Of a stretch of 64,000 nt of DNA, positions 27,967 through 41,200 are shown one piece after another. The position numbers and the translations under genes were made by a program. Location of the stretch: positions 248,001 through 312,000 of IMG/VR virus record IMGVR_UViG_3300044644_001125; one strand, written 5' to 3'. The notes below the pieces were generated by a model. It was not told the DNA's origin. It did no database searches and was given only the letters and a program-made list of their open reading frames with translations. Numbering within the stretch: position 1 is the first letter of the stretch; every line of letters starts with the position of its first letter.

Positions 27967-29769
27967 CTATTGTATGGCAATGGTTGAATCATGAACCCAT
28001 TGATTCGCTGAAATGATGAAAACTTCAATGGTTCTTGTAATTGTAATACCAGATGAATAACCAATAGTACTACACAATACTCGTAATTTAACACCATCTA
28101 AACCGCCAATGTAATTTTGAACTGGCATCAACTGGTCTATAATACCTTGAATATTAGCAATGGTAGTTGACTCTGTGATATCAATACTCAATGCTAAGTT
28201 TTGTGATTTGATTTGATTATCCACATATTCTAAATTTGCGGCATCATTTCTATCTACTGGGTATGCAACACCTGTAATACGTGGACGTATACCAGTTGAA
28301 CTTGGGATTAAAGCAACGTTTCCAATGTTACTACCAGAACCATTTAGGGCTATTCTCAAATCTTGGTTTGGTTGATGGGTTGATATAGTATTCCCAGTTA
28401 ATCGTATATACGTATCACCTGGTCCAATATTAACAACCGCTTGTGTACCAAACGAGGTTACACCTGGGATGCTGGTGATAGCAGCACCAAGTGAAGTGCC
28501 CGTTAATACAGTAACACCATTAATTTTGAATTCTTTACCAGCCGCTAAGTTGAAATTCTCGGTACTATTCCAAGCATTTTCACTCAATGCTGGTAAGTTA
28601 TCAGTATATCCACCTGAAATAGCTTCTGTCGTTGAAGTAGAAGCTGCTTGATTTGTAGACGACCAAATTAGACCATGACTCGATGCACCTTGTACAATAA
28701 CACCACCACCACTCGCGTTACTATCAGTTGGCGTTGTACCAGCATGTTTAGCCAATACGATATTTTTATCTTCTACAGTAATATTTGTTGTATCGATTGA
28801 TGTTGTTGTTCCATTGACATCTAAATTGCCATTGATAACAATATCACCACCAACCGTCAATGTAAACGCAGAATCAACCGCAACTGTACCTGCGGTAGAA
28901 CCGTTACTTGGTGTAATTACAATTGCTTTTTCTTGAGTATTGGTTGAATTTTTAACACCAAGTGCTAGTGTATTAGTTTGAATTGTATTAGCTAGTATAA
29001 CACTACCAGAATTGACTGATAAACTAGCAGTACCTGCGGCACCAACAATAATACCATCGTCGGTTGTTACCCTCAATTGGCCGGTAAGCGCGTTGGTCGT
29101 GGTGGTCTTAACATACGATGATGCAGGTAATCCGCCTAAATTGTCAGAGTTTGTACTAGTTGCATTGATTTTAAAACCATCCAACGTACCAACATTAAAA
29201 CCAATAGATATTGACCCAGTAAAACCGGCAATTGCACTGGGATTTTCTAATGTAAAGTTGTCATTGGCGTACAATCCCATCAATCTACCGTTATTGTACA
29301 AGCAAGTTACAACTCTAGTATTACCAACCGAGTCTAAAACACTTAATGTTTTTAACCCACTTAATAATTGGCTATCGGTATAAGTTGGTCCAAGTAAAAC
29401 TTGTTCAGTTCCGTTCCAGTAAAATAATTGTTTATTGGAGTCGTTATACCACAAATCACCAATACCTGGACTTGCTGGACCAGTCGATGATATTGTAGCT
29501 GAACTAACTGGTACGAACGAAGTTCCGCTATACACTTTTAATGCTTTTGCAGTTGAATCATACCAAAGCTGTCCTTTTATTGGATGCTCTGGGTAATCTG
29601 TACTAGCAAAGTTTTCAAGTAATTTGACGAAATTCTCATTTAGAACTTGACCAAAACCGGAGTAATTCTTACCAATTAGCGTGATATCAGTGCTATATTG
29701 ATCGATAGAACCATCTGGTACTTCTGCAATTTTTGTTTTACTATCAGATTTGTGAATAATATATGACAT
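27967..29769 (-). CDS. Tail fibre protein
   Basis: Shared N-module GKNYSGFGQVLNENFVKLLENFA; GNLDVNGTTT..VEDKNIVL; DAANLEYVD. Confidence 0.7.
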   Translation of the reverse strand: MSYIIHKSDSKTKIAEVPDGSIDQYSTDITLIGKNYSGFGQVLNENFVKLLENFASTDYPEHPIKGQLWYDSTAKALKVYSGTSFVPVSSATISSTGPASPGIGDLWYNDSNKQLFYWNGTEQVLLGPTYTDSQLLSGLKTLSVLDSVGNTRVVTCLYNNGRLMGLYANDNFTLENPSAIAGFTGSISIGFNVGTLDGFKINATSTNSDNLGGLPASSYVKTTTTNALTGQLRVTTDDGIIVGAAGTASLSVNSGSVILANTIQTNTLALGVKNSTNTQEKAIVITPSNGSTAGTVAVDSAFTLTVGGDIVINGNLDVNGTTTSIDTTNITVEDKNIVLAKHAGTTPTDSNASGGGVIVQGASSHGLIWSSTNQAASTSTTEAISGGYTDNLPALSENAWNSTENFNLAAGKEFKINGVTVLTGTSLGAAITSIPGVTSFGTQAVVNIGPGDTYIRLTGNTISTHQPNQDLRIALNGSGSNIGNVALIPSSTGIRPRITGVAYPVDRNDAANLEYVDNQIKSQNLALSIDITESTTIANIQGIIDQLMPVQNYIGGLDGVKLRVLCSTIGYSSGITITRTIEVFIISANQWVHDSTIAIQ

Positions 29770-29778
29770 GTTATTACC

Positions 29779-31440
29779 TTATGCTTTAATAATATAGCGA
29801 ATTGCTGCGAACGGGTCGGTATTTGCTATCGATGGAACTCTAAACACGTTTGAACCAACGTATGCAGTGGAACCCTTATAGGTTTCACCAATAACAGCAA
29901 ACAGTGCACTATAATCGTCTCGATTTTTTTCAGAACCATCACATGCCAAATACCCAACTGGTACTGCACTTCCAGCAAATTGGCTGATGGTACCAACCGG
30001 CGTGGTTAATACAGTACCTGCGCTATTCTTGATGGTATCAGTGTATACTGTCTTTGCGTATACTTCATTCCATCGTTTACTTGCGGTTCCTAATAAAATA
30101 GTATCGGTTGAATTTGGGATTATATTAGCACTAACAGTAGTCAATCCGGTTACAGTCAATGTTTCACCAACTGATGCGGCTTTTGTGATACTGATCCCAC
30201 CATTAATACCAAAGGTCGTCGGTGTTAATGAACCAGCCGGTCCACTTAATTGTTCAGTATATACAGTCTTGACATGAATTTCTTTCCAACGTTTTGGTGT
30301 GATACCAGCATTTCCAAGGATGTAAGAATCCGTAGTTGTTGGAATAATATTACTATTTGCAGTAGTCAATCCAGTTATTGTTAAATCAGCACCAACTGTG
30401 ATATTCTTTGCAACGCTCAATCCACCTAGTGTTTTAATACTGGTTTGTGTCGTGTTATTTACAAGTAAAGTACCACTTGAACGAATATTACCAGTAACAT
30501 CTAACGATTCGCTAGGTGCTAAGTTGTTAATACCAACTTTATCATTAATAACTCGTAATGTCGTTTTTGGAGTTCCATTAATATTCGTTTGTAAATCAAT
30601 CCCACTACCAGAAACGGTGTTGTAAAGTTTAGCAGATTCGGTTGTATAGAATGCAGTAAATTCAGATTCAGCACCAATAGTTATACCCGAATTATGTCTA
30701 ATGTTTATTGGGTATTCAGTAGAACTTATCTTATCTGAACGCATAAAATTAACAGCCGGTACTGTAAATCCATTAACGGTTAATGCACTAGCGGTTGATG
30801 CCGTTCCAGTTAATTGTGGTTTAAACCCACCAGAAAATTTAGTTAAGTCGGAATCGGTATTCATATTAATACCAGATGTCAATTGACCAAAACCAACGAT
30901 TAATGGATTGGGTGTAAATGTATCTTTACTAATGATTAGAACTGGGACATCTTCGACGTATAATGACAAGATAGATCTATCAATACCATCAGTATCTTTG
31001 ATATGTTCGACCGTCGTCCCATACGATTTACCATCTTTTGAACTAACATTTGGACCAACCAATACCCATTTAGAACCATCAAATATATTAAGTTGATTGT
31101 TCGCTAAATTGACATACAGTTGTCCAGCTTTTGATGAATCGAGCGCAGGTTCTGATGTACTTTTACTGATATTACTAGCAGCCTGCCACGACGTTCCATC
31201 CCACAACTTTAGATAACCATTGTCGTTGTCATACCAGATTTGACCTTCGACTGGGTTAGATGGTTCTGTAGCATTTGCAAAATTTTCAAGCAGATGCAAG
31301 AAGTTTTCAGCAATTAACTGCCCATACCCAGAGAAATTCCGACCAGCATACTTTAAACTGGTTTCTATATTTTGAGTATTGTCATAAACCGTGATTGGCG
31401 TTTTGTTACTTGAATCGCTATAATCTATATTATACGGCAT
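29779..31440 (-). CDS. Short tail fibre-like protein with a tail collar domain
   Basis: Shared N-module; PVGTISQFAGSAVPVGYLACDGS..YSALFAVIG..YIIKA collar motif. Confidence 0.8.
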   Translation of the reverse strand: MPYNIDYSDSSNKTPITVYDNTQNIETSLKYAGRNFSGYGQLIAENFLHLLENFANATEPSNPVEGQIWYDNDNGYLKLWDGTSWQAASNISKSTSEPALDSSKAGQLYVNLANNQLNIFDGSKWVLVGPNVSSKDGKSYGTTVEHIKDTDGIDRSILSLYVEDVPVLIISKDTFTPNPLIVGFGQLTSGINMNTDSDLTKFSGGFKPQLTGTASTASALTVNGFTVPAVNFMRSDKISSTEYPINIRHNSGITIGAESEFTAFYTTESAKLYNTVSGSGIDLQTNINGTPKTTLRVINDKVGINNLAPSESLDVTGNIRSSGTLLVNNTTQTSIKTLGGLSVAKNITVGADLTITGLTTANSNIIPTTTDSYILGNAGITPKRWKEIHVKTVYTEQLSGPAGSLTPTTFGINGGISITKAASVGETLTVTGLTTVSANIIPNSTDTILLGTASKRWNEVYAKTVYTDTIKNSAGTVLTTPVGTISQFAGSAVPVGYLACDGSEKNRDDYSALFAVIGETYKGSTAYVGSNVFRVPSIANTDPFAAIRYIIKA

Positions 31441-32036
31441 TATAGTACCTCAGTTAAACCAGTTAAACTTTGAATACGGATCGTATAATCAATCTGCAAC
31501 AATCTATTCAAGGATTTTTGAACTGGGTGGAAAATCACGTGTGTTAATAGTTTAGTACTACCATCTGGGTTGGTTGTTATCAAACCCAACTCATCGAATA
31601 CAAAATTACCATTCATATCAACACTGTTATCAAATGCTTCTTGATTTGTTGGTTCGCCATAGTCTAACAGACAAGAAATTACAATGTCACTAAAAGTAGC
31701 ACCACTGATGTGTCTAACTTCCATCTTATTGCGAACTGGGTCCGTGTTTGCGATGTTAAATTGATTGACAATTTTTGAATACGTTTGGTTATATAGACTA
31801 CAATTCACTCCTACGGTGTTAGGTGTAAGATATGAAATCAAACCAGTTGGGTCTACTAACGTACCACCCGTACCGAATGCCATTGCATCTATACCAAGGC
31901 CATTATTAGTTAAACTATTAGCCATTGCAACACTAATATTTTCATAATGAATGGCGTTGTCTTTGTCTTCAAAGACTTCATGTGTGATTGGGTCAAATAT
32001 CTTAATATGACCGAGAATTTTGTAAGTTAATTGCAT
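31440..32036 (-). CDS. Virion/baseplate structural protein
   Basis: GHIKIFDP..NAIHYEN..FVFDELGL..THVIFHPVQKSLNR; lies in the tail operon. Confidence 0.7.
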   Translation of the reverse strand: MQLTYKILGHIKIFDPITHEVFEDKDNAIHYENISVAMANSLTNNGLGIDAMAFGTGGTLVDPTGLISYLTPNTVGVNCSLYNQTYSKIVNQFNIANTDPVRNKMEVRHISGATFSDIVISCLLDYGEPTNQEAFDNSVDMNGNFVFDELGLITTNPDGSTKLLTHVIFHPVQKSLNRLLQIDYTIRIQSLTGLTEVL

Positions 32037-32056
32037 CTATAATACCGGTTGTAAGG

Positions 32057-32188
32057 TTAGGCTCTAGTCGAAACGAAAACTTCTTCCGTTTCTGGATCAA
32101 AAATCTTGATGTGGCTTTCATAATGAAAGCCACTTGTTTCGTCTGGGGTATTGTCCAATTGTTCTTCTTCAATACTGCCGTCTGCCAT
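32057..32188 (-). CDS. 43-aa microprotein absent from the ORF track, homologous to the N-terminus of the next gene
   Basis: MADGSIEEEQLDNTPDETSGFHYESHIKIFDPETEEVFVSTRA; AGGA RBS and CTAAATA upstream. Confidence 0.7.
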   Translation of the reverse strand: MADGSIEEEQLDNTPDETSGFHYESHIKIFDPETEEVFVSTRA

Positions 32189-32217
32189 AATTAATCCTGT
32201 TAGTTTGTATCTGGTAT

Positions 32218-35200
32218 TTAGCCTATCATCGCGGTGGTTTTTTGCGATATAAACTTAGCCATTGGTGTATTATTTTCCAATAACGTAATACCAGCACTTG
32301 CCGCCGTTGCAGTTTGTTCATACCAAACTTTACCAACCTTTCTATAAACAACGACGTTAACACTTGCATTAACCGGTATACTATCAAGTACCGAATCAGT
32401 CAGCCTGATGTAGTTGGAAGTACCATCGACCGAGAATTCAGCATCTAACAATTCATCAGCACGTGGGCTAGTAGAACCTAATGATTCATTGAATACATGC
32501 ATTGGATTTTTACGCAATCTTCTTCCGCCCACAAATACTTCAACCTGATCGCATGGACCATATCCAGTAGGTATATTACCAGCAGCCCAATTAGTTCTAA
32601 CAGATTTAACTGGAATATAACTCAATGGTCCAACCGATCTAGTAGAACCATCAATCATGAATGATTCTTTCATCTCAGTTTCGTTGTATGGGATTCGTTC
32701 TTGTATACTTACATCAGCAACATCAGTTCCTGCAGTATATAACTCTGCAATTGCAGTTCCCATACTACCACGTCTTAACTGTGATAATGTATTGTCAGTA
32801 AGCATCAAATACTCGATACGTTCGCCGTTAATCAATACAGTACCAGGTTGATTTCTTGCAGCAACAGGAATAGATAGCAGTGAGGCGTCAGTTACTAAAA
32901 TCTCAGTATCATAGTAGTTCAAATCTTTAGCCAATTGGATAGTTCCAATTGAATATCTGTTATATCTAAAGACATTTAGCATATCTTTTGATATTTCATA
33001 TGATTTGGTACTGCACAATTTCGATCCAAATAATACAACTTTAACCATATCAGATTCACTAGTGGTGTCTAGTAGATATACTTTTGTTTTATCATCGGAT
33101 AGATAATAATCACGGATTGGTGTTAATTTAACGCCGTTCACATAAACCCAAACATAACTTGAATCAATTGGCTTCATTGCTAATGCGTAACTAGCTTTTC
33201 CACCAACATGCTCATCTGTCAATAATTGCATAGTTTGGTATTGTGTAAACCAGACAACATTAACCACATCGTTCGTAGTCAGTTCACTACTGATAATCAA
33301 CGTATTTCCGTTAATGCTATACTCGGCATTTGAATTGTTTTCTATTAATACCACGTCATTAATAACCAATGAGTCAATAGTAACCAGTGTCATTTCTTCA
33401 TTGAAAACGTAATCGACCAAGAATGATTTTAAAACACCATTGACATATACTTTAATATTACTAGGTGTTGCATAACCACTTCCTAGTTCAATTTTGAATT
33501 GTGCAGTTGAGCCAGTATAAACACCGTAGGTTGTATCAACACCAGTCAACGCGCTACCATTAACATTCACAATCATTGGCGTATATTGATGGTTGGTTGG
33601 TTCTACTGCAAACATTGACAAGGTGAATTCTGGGTTATCGGTATAAATGAAGGTTTGTTCATTAATTCTTGCGATTGACGTATCAAAATCAACATTTGCA
33701 TTTGCACCAAAGCACACAACCTTAACATCGTCAGACACGGTAGGCATTGGGTTTACTGTAACTTCCGTTTTACCAGTTATTTTCTTGCCTGTTGTACTAC
33801 CAAAACTTGCGTCAGTGCTAATACCATTAACAGTTACATAAACTGATGTGGTATCTTTAAACTTAGCATTTGTTGCAAATTTGGCTGATTTACCATCAGC
33901 AACGAACGATTTTGAATCGAGAATTGCAACACCACCAACCCCAATCGCCGTGATTTCAATGATAGCACCAGCCGTAACCGGTAATACAAACTTAACTGTA
34001 TTGTTAGTTAGATTAATGGTATAGTGCGTGTCAATTGACTTCTTAACCTTATTCACCGTCACAATAACCGATGAGAATTCGATGATAGGTAAACCAATAC
34101 TATAGGTTGTTGTAATACCATCACTGATAAACACTGTTGAATGCAGTGGGGTTGAACCAGTTGATTTAGTATCAAATACTTTAATACTTAAACTATCAAG
34201 TACTTGACCTGGTACGTTTTCTTCAGTTGCTGATACATTCTCTGGACTTATAAATTTACCACCTTCAATTATAATTTCCTCAGCCTTCAAACCAGTTGCA
34301 GTTGTATACGCGTTGTTCAATCTCTCCAACGAACCACCACTCATATTGGTATCCACGATATTTGGGTCATTAATAACCAATGAACCATCGCTTTCTTCAG
34401 GTCTAAAGATTAACGTATCGCCTTGTATCGTGTCAAAATATGAACCAATATCAATAGTTGCCGACACGCCATCACCGATAAATGTTGGCATTTGTGCATA
34501 TGGATTGATTGTACTAGTTGAATCCCATTGCGATGTATATGCAATATCATCCAATCTAATAACTGATGGCATTGACCCATCATACAAGGTGTATGCCGTT
34601 GATTTCAATCCATACTGTTTAACAGATTTCCATGATTCACGTTTAACATAGATATTAATGTGTTGACCAGCTACTGGAACAAATGGCAAAGTGACGGTTG
34701 TTGCTATTACTGGATTCGCAATACCATCACAAACATAATAGTAATCACTACTTTGTTCAACACTATCCCAATTATCAGTGAACCAAGGTTGTGAATCCCA
34801 ACCACCAGTCACATCAAATGTAGTTCCTTGAACTTGAACTCCACCAAAATCCACACCTGTTATTAACTGAGATAATTGATTACCTTTCATACCTGACATT
34901 GGTTGGTAGTATTTCGATATACGGTTAACACTATCAAGTAAACTATCGTGTTTTTCGTAATTTACAACAATAACATCACCAACTATTGGATTGTTATTGA
35001 ATATAATCATACCAGAAGTAGCTATATTAGCATTACCAGCCGGTATTACCAATTCAACCGTATATTCGCTACTAAGAATCAATTTATCATTGATATAAAC
35101 AGTGATTCTATTTTTTTCATTTAGTGGAGCATACATCAAATTGAAAACTGATGTATAACCAGTCGCAATAAATGTTTCAGTATTATACAGCGATTGATAT

Positions 35201-38200
35201 AATCCAGTTTTTGAAATTCTATCAAACTTCATTGCTACATTAAATAGTCTGACCTTACTATCACCAATTACTGCGATAGCCGAAGCACTTTTTGATCCGG
35301 GTGTATTACCACCAATCAATTCAACTGTTGGTGCTTCTTTATAGCCAATTCCAGCATTTTCAATGATAATATTAGATACCACGCCATTTGATATGTAGGC
35401 TTTTGCAGTGGCACCTACACCAGTTCCTGTTATCACAACAGATGGTGGTTGATTGTAGTTTTCACCACCAGATGCTAAAATTATTTGTTTAACCGTAAAC
35501 GTATTGTTATCAGTCCACCACTTCCATGGATATTGATTTAAAGTATACCAATCATAGATGGTTACCGGTTTATTGGAACCGCCGGTATATGCAACTGGTA
35601 AGTCAAAATCACCAATAGCAATAGACGATTCTTCAGTTGTATCATACTTACTAATATACTCACGAATAGTTGATCGATAGGGTTTAACCTCTTCGATGTA
35701 ACTTTGGAAACTTTGCAAACTATCGTTTTTATAATTCAATGGTTGTTCAAAAGGTCCAACATTATGAACTGCTGTTAAGAAACTGGTTTTAAAAGCCCAA
35801 TCAACATATAACTGTTCCGCAAAAACTGCGCGAACACAAGTGAAGAATAGATTACCCCATTCAGTGGCATTATTACCAATGCAAATATCATGTTTTACTG
35901 CCCGTAAGATATTACGGAGTTCTAAACTAGAATCCATATCATAGCTAATAGAATCAAACGCAGCAGAACTATCATAACCAACTCCAGAGGTAACATCATC
36001 ATACAATTTTGTAGATAATTGAATTGTTCCGTTTTCTCTACCAACCATAGTATAGAAATCAGAGAAAATACCGGCATCTACTGGAACTGCGATGCACTCG
36101 AAGGTTGCCCAACCACCAGATTCGAACTCTTTTATTCTAATCAGATCGCCAATTACTGGATTAATTGTCTTAATTGATACGATTGCTGTGATTTCATTGG
36201 TTACTTTTGAAGAACTATTATAACCAGTTGCCCACCAATCAACGTATGACCAGTATTTGGTAGTATCATATGCTTGCGCTGAACTTCTAACAAATTGTTT
36301 ACTTACTGAATCCCACGCATATATACTCCAATAACCACTAATAGTAGAATCAGAATTAACTAATACAGAATATGGTCTTACTGTCGCGGTTGCATTGCTG
36401 TATTTTTTACCACTACTAATAATATTAGCCTGGATTGCACTACCATTTTTATCAATAATCAGTTGAACAACCGCACCAGTTCCATCACCAGATACGGTCA
36501 CTAATGGTCCTTGATACCCAACCCCTTGATAATTATACGCAGGTATACTGATACTTTCATACACTGGTACGTTTGGTTTATAGCCGTATCCTTGTTTTAC
36601 GATATTAACTGCTGTTACTTTACCATTAGTTAATTCCACACCCAACTCGGCTTGAGTTACTCGAGTAATACCAACATTTTGTAAATCCTGATAGGTATCG
36701 ACTGTTGTATCGTAGTAGTTTAACTCAACGATCGGTGCTTGATCTACCAAATTAAGGTTACTAAAGTTCATGTTACCAGTAAACGGTTCAGTAGTTAAGA
36801 TTGAATTTACATTAGTAATTACCATTTTAAGGGCAGGTAATCTATCAATAAACATACTTTGGCGTGGTCTAAAACTAACACCATATTTCAATTTAGTTGG
36901 TAGTGTATTATCTGGTACTCTATTACCAACAACATCTCTACCAATTACACTATCAATCCACTTTGCTTCTAATTCGTTAGATAATTCAAATGATTCGCTA
37001 CCTTCAGACAATAACTGATATTCGTTATGAACTGGCACTTGATTATATGAATCTTTGAAATATTCAATATTAACCAATGCAGTTTCTGTTGTTAGTACCG
37101 AACCAAAGTTATAAGCTAACATTGCAGCAGGTGAACATAAACCAACAAACGCAATACCAGTACCAATTGGGTTATCAATCGCATTTGCAACATCCAATGC
37201 TGATAAATTTCTACCAATCACAGCATCTGGTATTAATGCCGTGTTTTTAACCCAGTAGTAATACTGCGTTCCAGTGACTACACCAGTTACTGAATTATAC
37301 AACTCTTTAACAACCATAACGGAATCATCTGAGTACAACGGCTGCCCAGAAATACCAGAAGCTAATCCTTCCGTTGTATCTGCCAATGATGCCCATTCTG
37401 AAGGTAATATTGTAGTTTTAACCCATTCATAAACATCGACCGTTGAACCAGTAACTTGAACATTCCAATGGCCTGTCCGATAAGTTAAATCATCTTGTTC
37501 AGCATACATCCATTTTGATTTAGAAATATCCCACCAAAGTGTCCCAACATTCTTATCTGCCCATGCTTGTGATGGTTCTATGATTTGAGTTTCATCATTG
37601 GTACCAATAGAATAGACCGCTGGGTCATACATTGTTTTAAACGTGATTTCCTGTTCAGCAATATTCAATACTTTTAACTTTGAATTATCAACGTAATCAA
37701 CATCTTGAATTTTCAAACTGTTAACATTGTCATATAATGAAATGCTTTTAACATTGCGAGTATCGACTACTTGTTGTTGAGATGCAATTATATCCCAAGC
37801 ACCATTAGAATTGGTATTCGTGAACATACGCAAACATCCCACTAATGTGTCACTAGTCGGTAATGTGTAAGTTGGTGAACCAACAAATATTGATGAATCA
37901 GTGCATGCTAAACTTCCACCAAATGATTCATAAGGACGTAATGTAGGTTTTAATTCTGAAGTTAGTAGGTATTGGTCGCCTTTCTTTTCGAATACATAAA
38001 CTGCACCGGCATATCCACGTTCACTATAGAATGTAGTTCTACCACCATCAAAAGTAGCATTGAATGAATCATAAGTTACATAGTCAGTATTTTTCGCACT
38101 AATTACTATTCTATTGTCACTAATAGCAACACTACTACCAAATTGTTCATTGGTGATATATTCAAAACTTTCAATAGTTTGTGATAATACATACTGAGAA

Positions 38201-41200
38201 TTAACCTTGGTATATACATACGCTTTACCTTGGTCGATAATTGAACTATCTGCATTTGGACTAGTTATAACTAGTGTTGAACCAGTTGGATTGATAGCAA
38301 TCGCATGTCCAAATTTATCACCAGTAGCATCACCAACCATATCATCAAGTTTAACAACCGAACTGTCATTCGATGCGTATATATAAACTGAGCCTTTTGG
38401 CTGATTTTCACCAACTGGATTTCCAACAACTAACGTAGATCCATCAGAAGTCATTACTAACGATTTACCAAATTCGTCCATATCAGTGCTGTTTTCTGGT
38501 AATGTATAAGTGGCGTCACCAAATACCCATTCTGAATTTGTATATCTATAAGTGTATACAATACCATGGTTATTTGTTAACGTGCTATCACCTGGGTGAA
38601 CTGCTGCAGAAACAGCTAAAAGATAATCGGTATCCGATGTTTTACCAAGTGCAACCGCTGTTCCAAACTGAACAGTATTCTCTAAATCTGGACTAACAAA
38701 TGAAGTTGAATATCTCCAGTTATTATCGTAATATTCATACACTGAAATAACACCTTGATTGGTTATATTACTCGGTGTACCAGTAGAATCTGATATGATA
38801 TTTGATGCCTCCTTCCACTTTGTTTTATCAGCAGTGGTATCATTGATACTATCGCCGATAATTTCAACAATAGATTCCAACAATGCATTTGAAGTTTTTA
38901 CAATAGCACCAATTGGATATATTGCAGTATTAGTATACGCACCTCGGTAATTACTACGAATATGAGATGCACTAGGTGACCCAACAATCAAGAATTTATT
39001 GTCTGGTGATATCGCCATCGATTTACCGAATGAACCATCCAATGAGCTACTACCAGTACGAATCCCTGAAATTGGTTCAACTGATTGATACCAATCCAAC
39101 CCAGTAGTTCCAACCGAATAAACTTCAATTCTATTAGAACCAGGAATACTGGTAATAACTTGGTTTAATGTTTTTGCATACACCGTGGTTGTACCAACAC
39201 CAATTGGATTATCACCATAAACTGTAGGACTAACTACTGAATATTGGTCTTTCTTTTGTGATACTTCCCACTTATCAGAATCATTCGCATCAACCCACAG
39301 TTTAGCACCGACTGGCAACGTAGCAGCATACAAATCATCAATATCAGAGTATGATTTATATCTAGCTTTCTTGAAGGTACAAGCATAAATTGGTTTGTTT
39401 TGGTTTAATGTTGGGATTGTAGATAGCAATGAACTATCAATAGAGACAGTATTCCAAGTCACACCAACTACTTTAAATATACCAGAAAACGCAGTGATTG
39501 TTCCTAGTGGTCTGACAGCAAATACATCACCAACTTCATAGGTATGTCTACTAGAAAGTTCAAAATCAATTGTACTGGTTTCTGTGATGTTTACTACGCG
39601 CAACGCAGTATCATTGAATCTAAAGACATTCCAAGAATAATCATCGAATGTTACCCAGATATTGGCATTGTCTTTAATTGCACGGATATCAAGATTTAGA
39701 ATATCATCAATAGTTTTAACCATATATGAAACGTGTTTAGTGTTAACATACCCAGCAGTTCTCGATGGTTCTGTTTCATATGATAACTTATTAATACCAA
39801 CTGTATTACTTGGAGTTAATGTGAAATCAGATGACTTGATTTGGTACGCAATACCATCAGATACGGATGTATCAGTAACTAGTAATGGTTGTGGGTTAAG
39901 TTTTATTTTATTCTTCTCGATATAAAACTCAAATTCTTCGATTGCATCCACCCCACCAAACTGGCCAACTCTAAATGCCCATTCTTCATTAAGAACAATA
40001 CTAGAATCACCAGATCTGCTTAGTTTATCAAATACCTTGGTTACTGCATTAATTGTACCTTTTTCACGAATAAATCCTTGATATAGCTGGAATTGAGTAA
40101 CTGGATCTTCTGCTAAATCTTGCAAATAACCTCTAGGTTGATACCCAATGGCATGCCTTGCTAGAGTTCGTTGTGATTCACCAATACCTTCCGCAGTAGT
40201 ATCGTAATATTCATCAAATTGGTTAATCTTATAATCAAAGTTAGAAACCAATTCCTTTGTTGGGTTTGTATCAAGTTTAGACCAAACTGCATTGTCAAAT
40301 GATTCGGTGCTTGTATGTGATTTAATACAAGTCCAATTTGTTGAACGATAAGCAACAATATCACCTAGTTTGTAATCTTTATATTGTTGCCAAACAACAA
40401 TATTAACATTGTCGAATAAGAATCCTGGGCTTGTGTAATCACCATCCCAATCAACTGTTCTAAATCCCTGTGATTTGATTCTACCTTGTCTATAACCTGT
40501 AGTTTTATCATAGATAACATCGTTGAAAACCGTTCTATCAGAAAATACGGTTACATGCTCTTTTAGAACACAGTACATATTAAGGTAATAAATCCCATCA
40601 GTTGTCGAATCTGGTGTGATGACAATATTTTGGAAAGTTCTAGTTACATTAAGTTGTTCAATCGGGAATACTTGACCATTACTTTTTAAGATTTCGTAAT
40701 CATAAAATCCATCAGTTAAGCTATCAACAACACCACCATTCATATTAATTTCAATTCTACTTGAAATTGGACTTAATGAAATAAGAGATCCAGCTGCCCA
40801 ATTATGCTTCGTCCAGAACATGAATTCTTTACAACTCGTTGTCCAGTTAATAGGCACTCGGTTTTCAGCATCATATCCACTGAATACAAATCCGATAGAT
40901 TTCAAGTAAACTTCATAACCCAACAAGAAATCAACTACTTCTTGAATAGATTCCAAGGTAGTTCCATATAGCATTTGTTTAATAGTAAACTTATTGAATG
41001 ATTTACGATTTTTAGCTACAACTTCGCCGGTTATCGGCAAATTTGACAGCAACTTCCAGTAATCGTGCTCATCATTAAATGTCGTACTTGAATTGGTTTT
41101 TAATGCTCTGTAAAAATGCTGTTCATATCTTACGATTTGACCATTCGCATACGTTACATTTGGTTCCCAATCAGTATAGGCCGCACTAACACCACCAACA

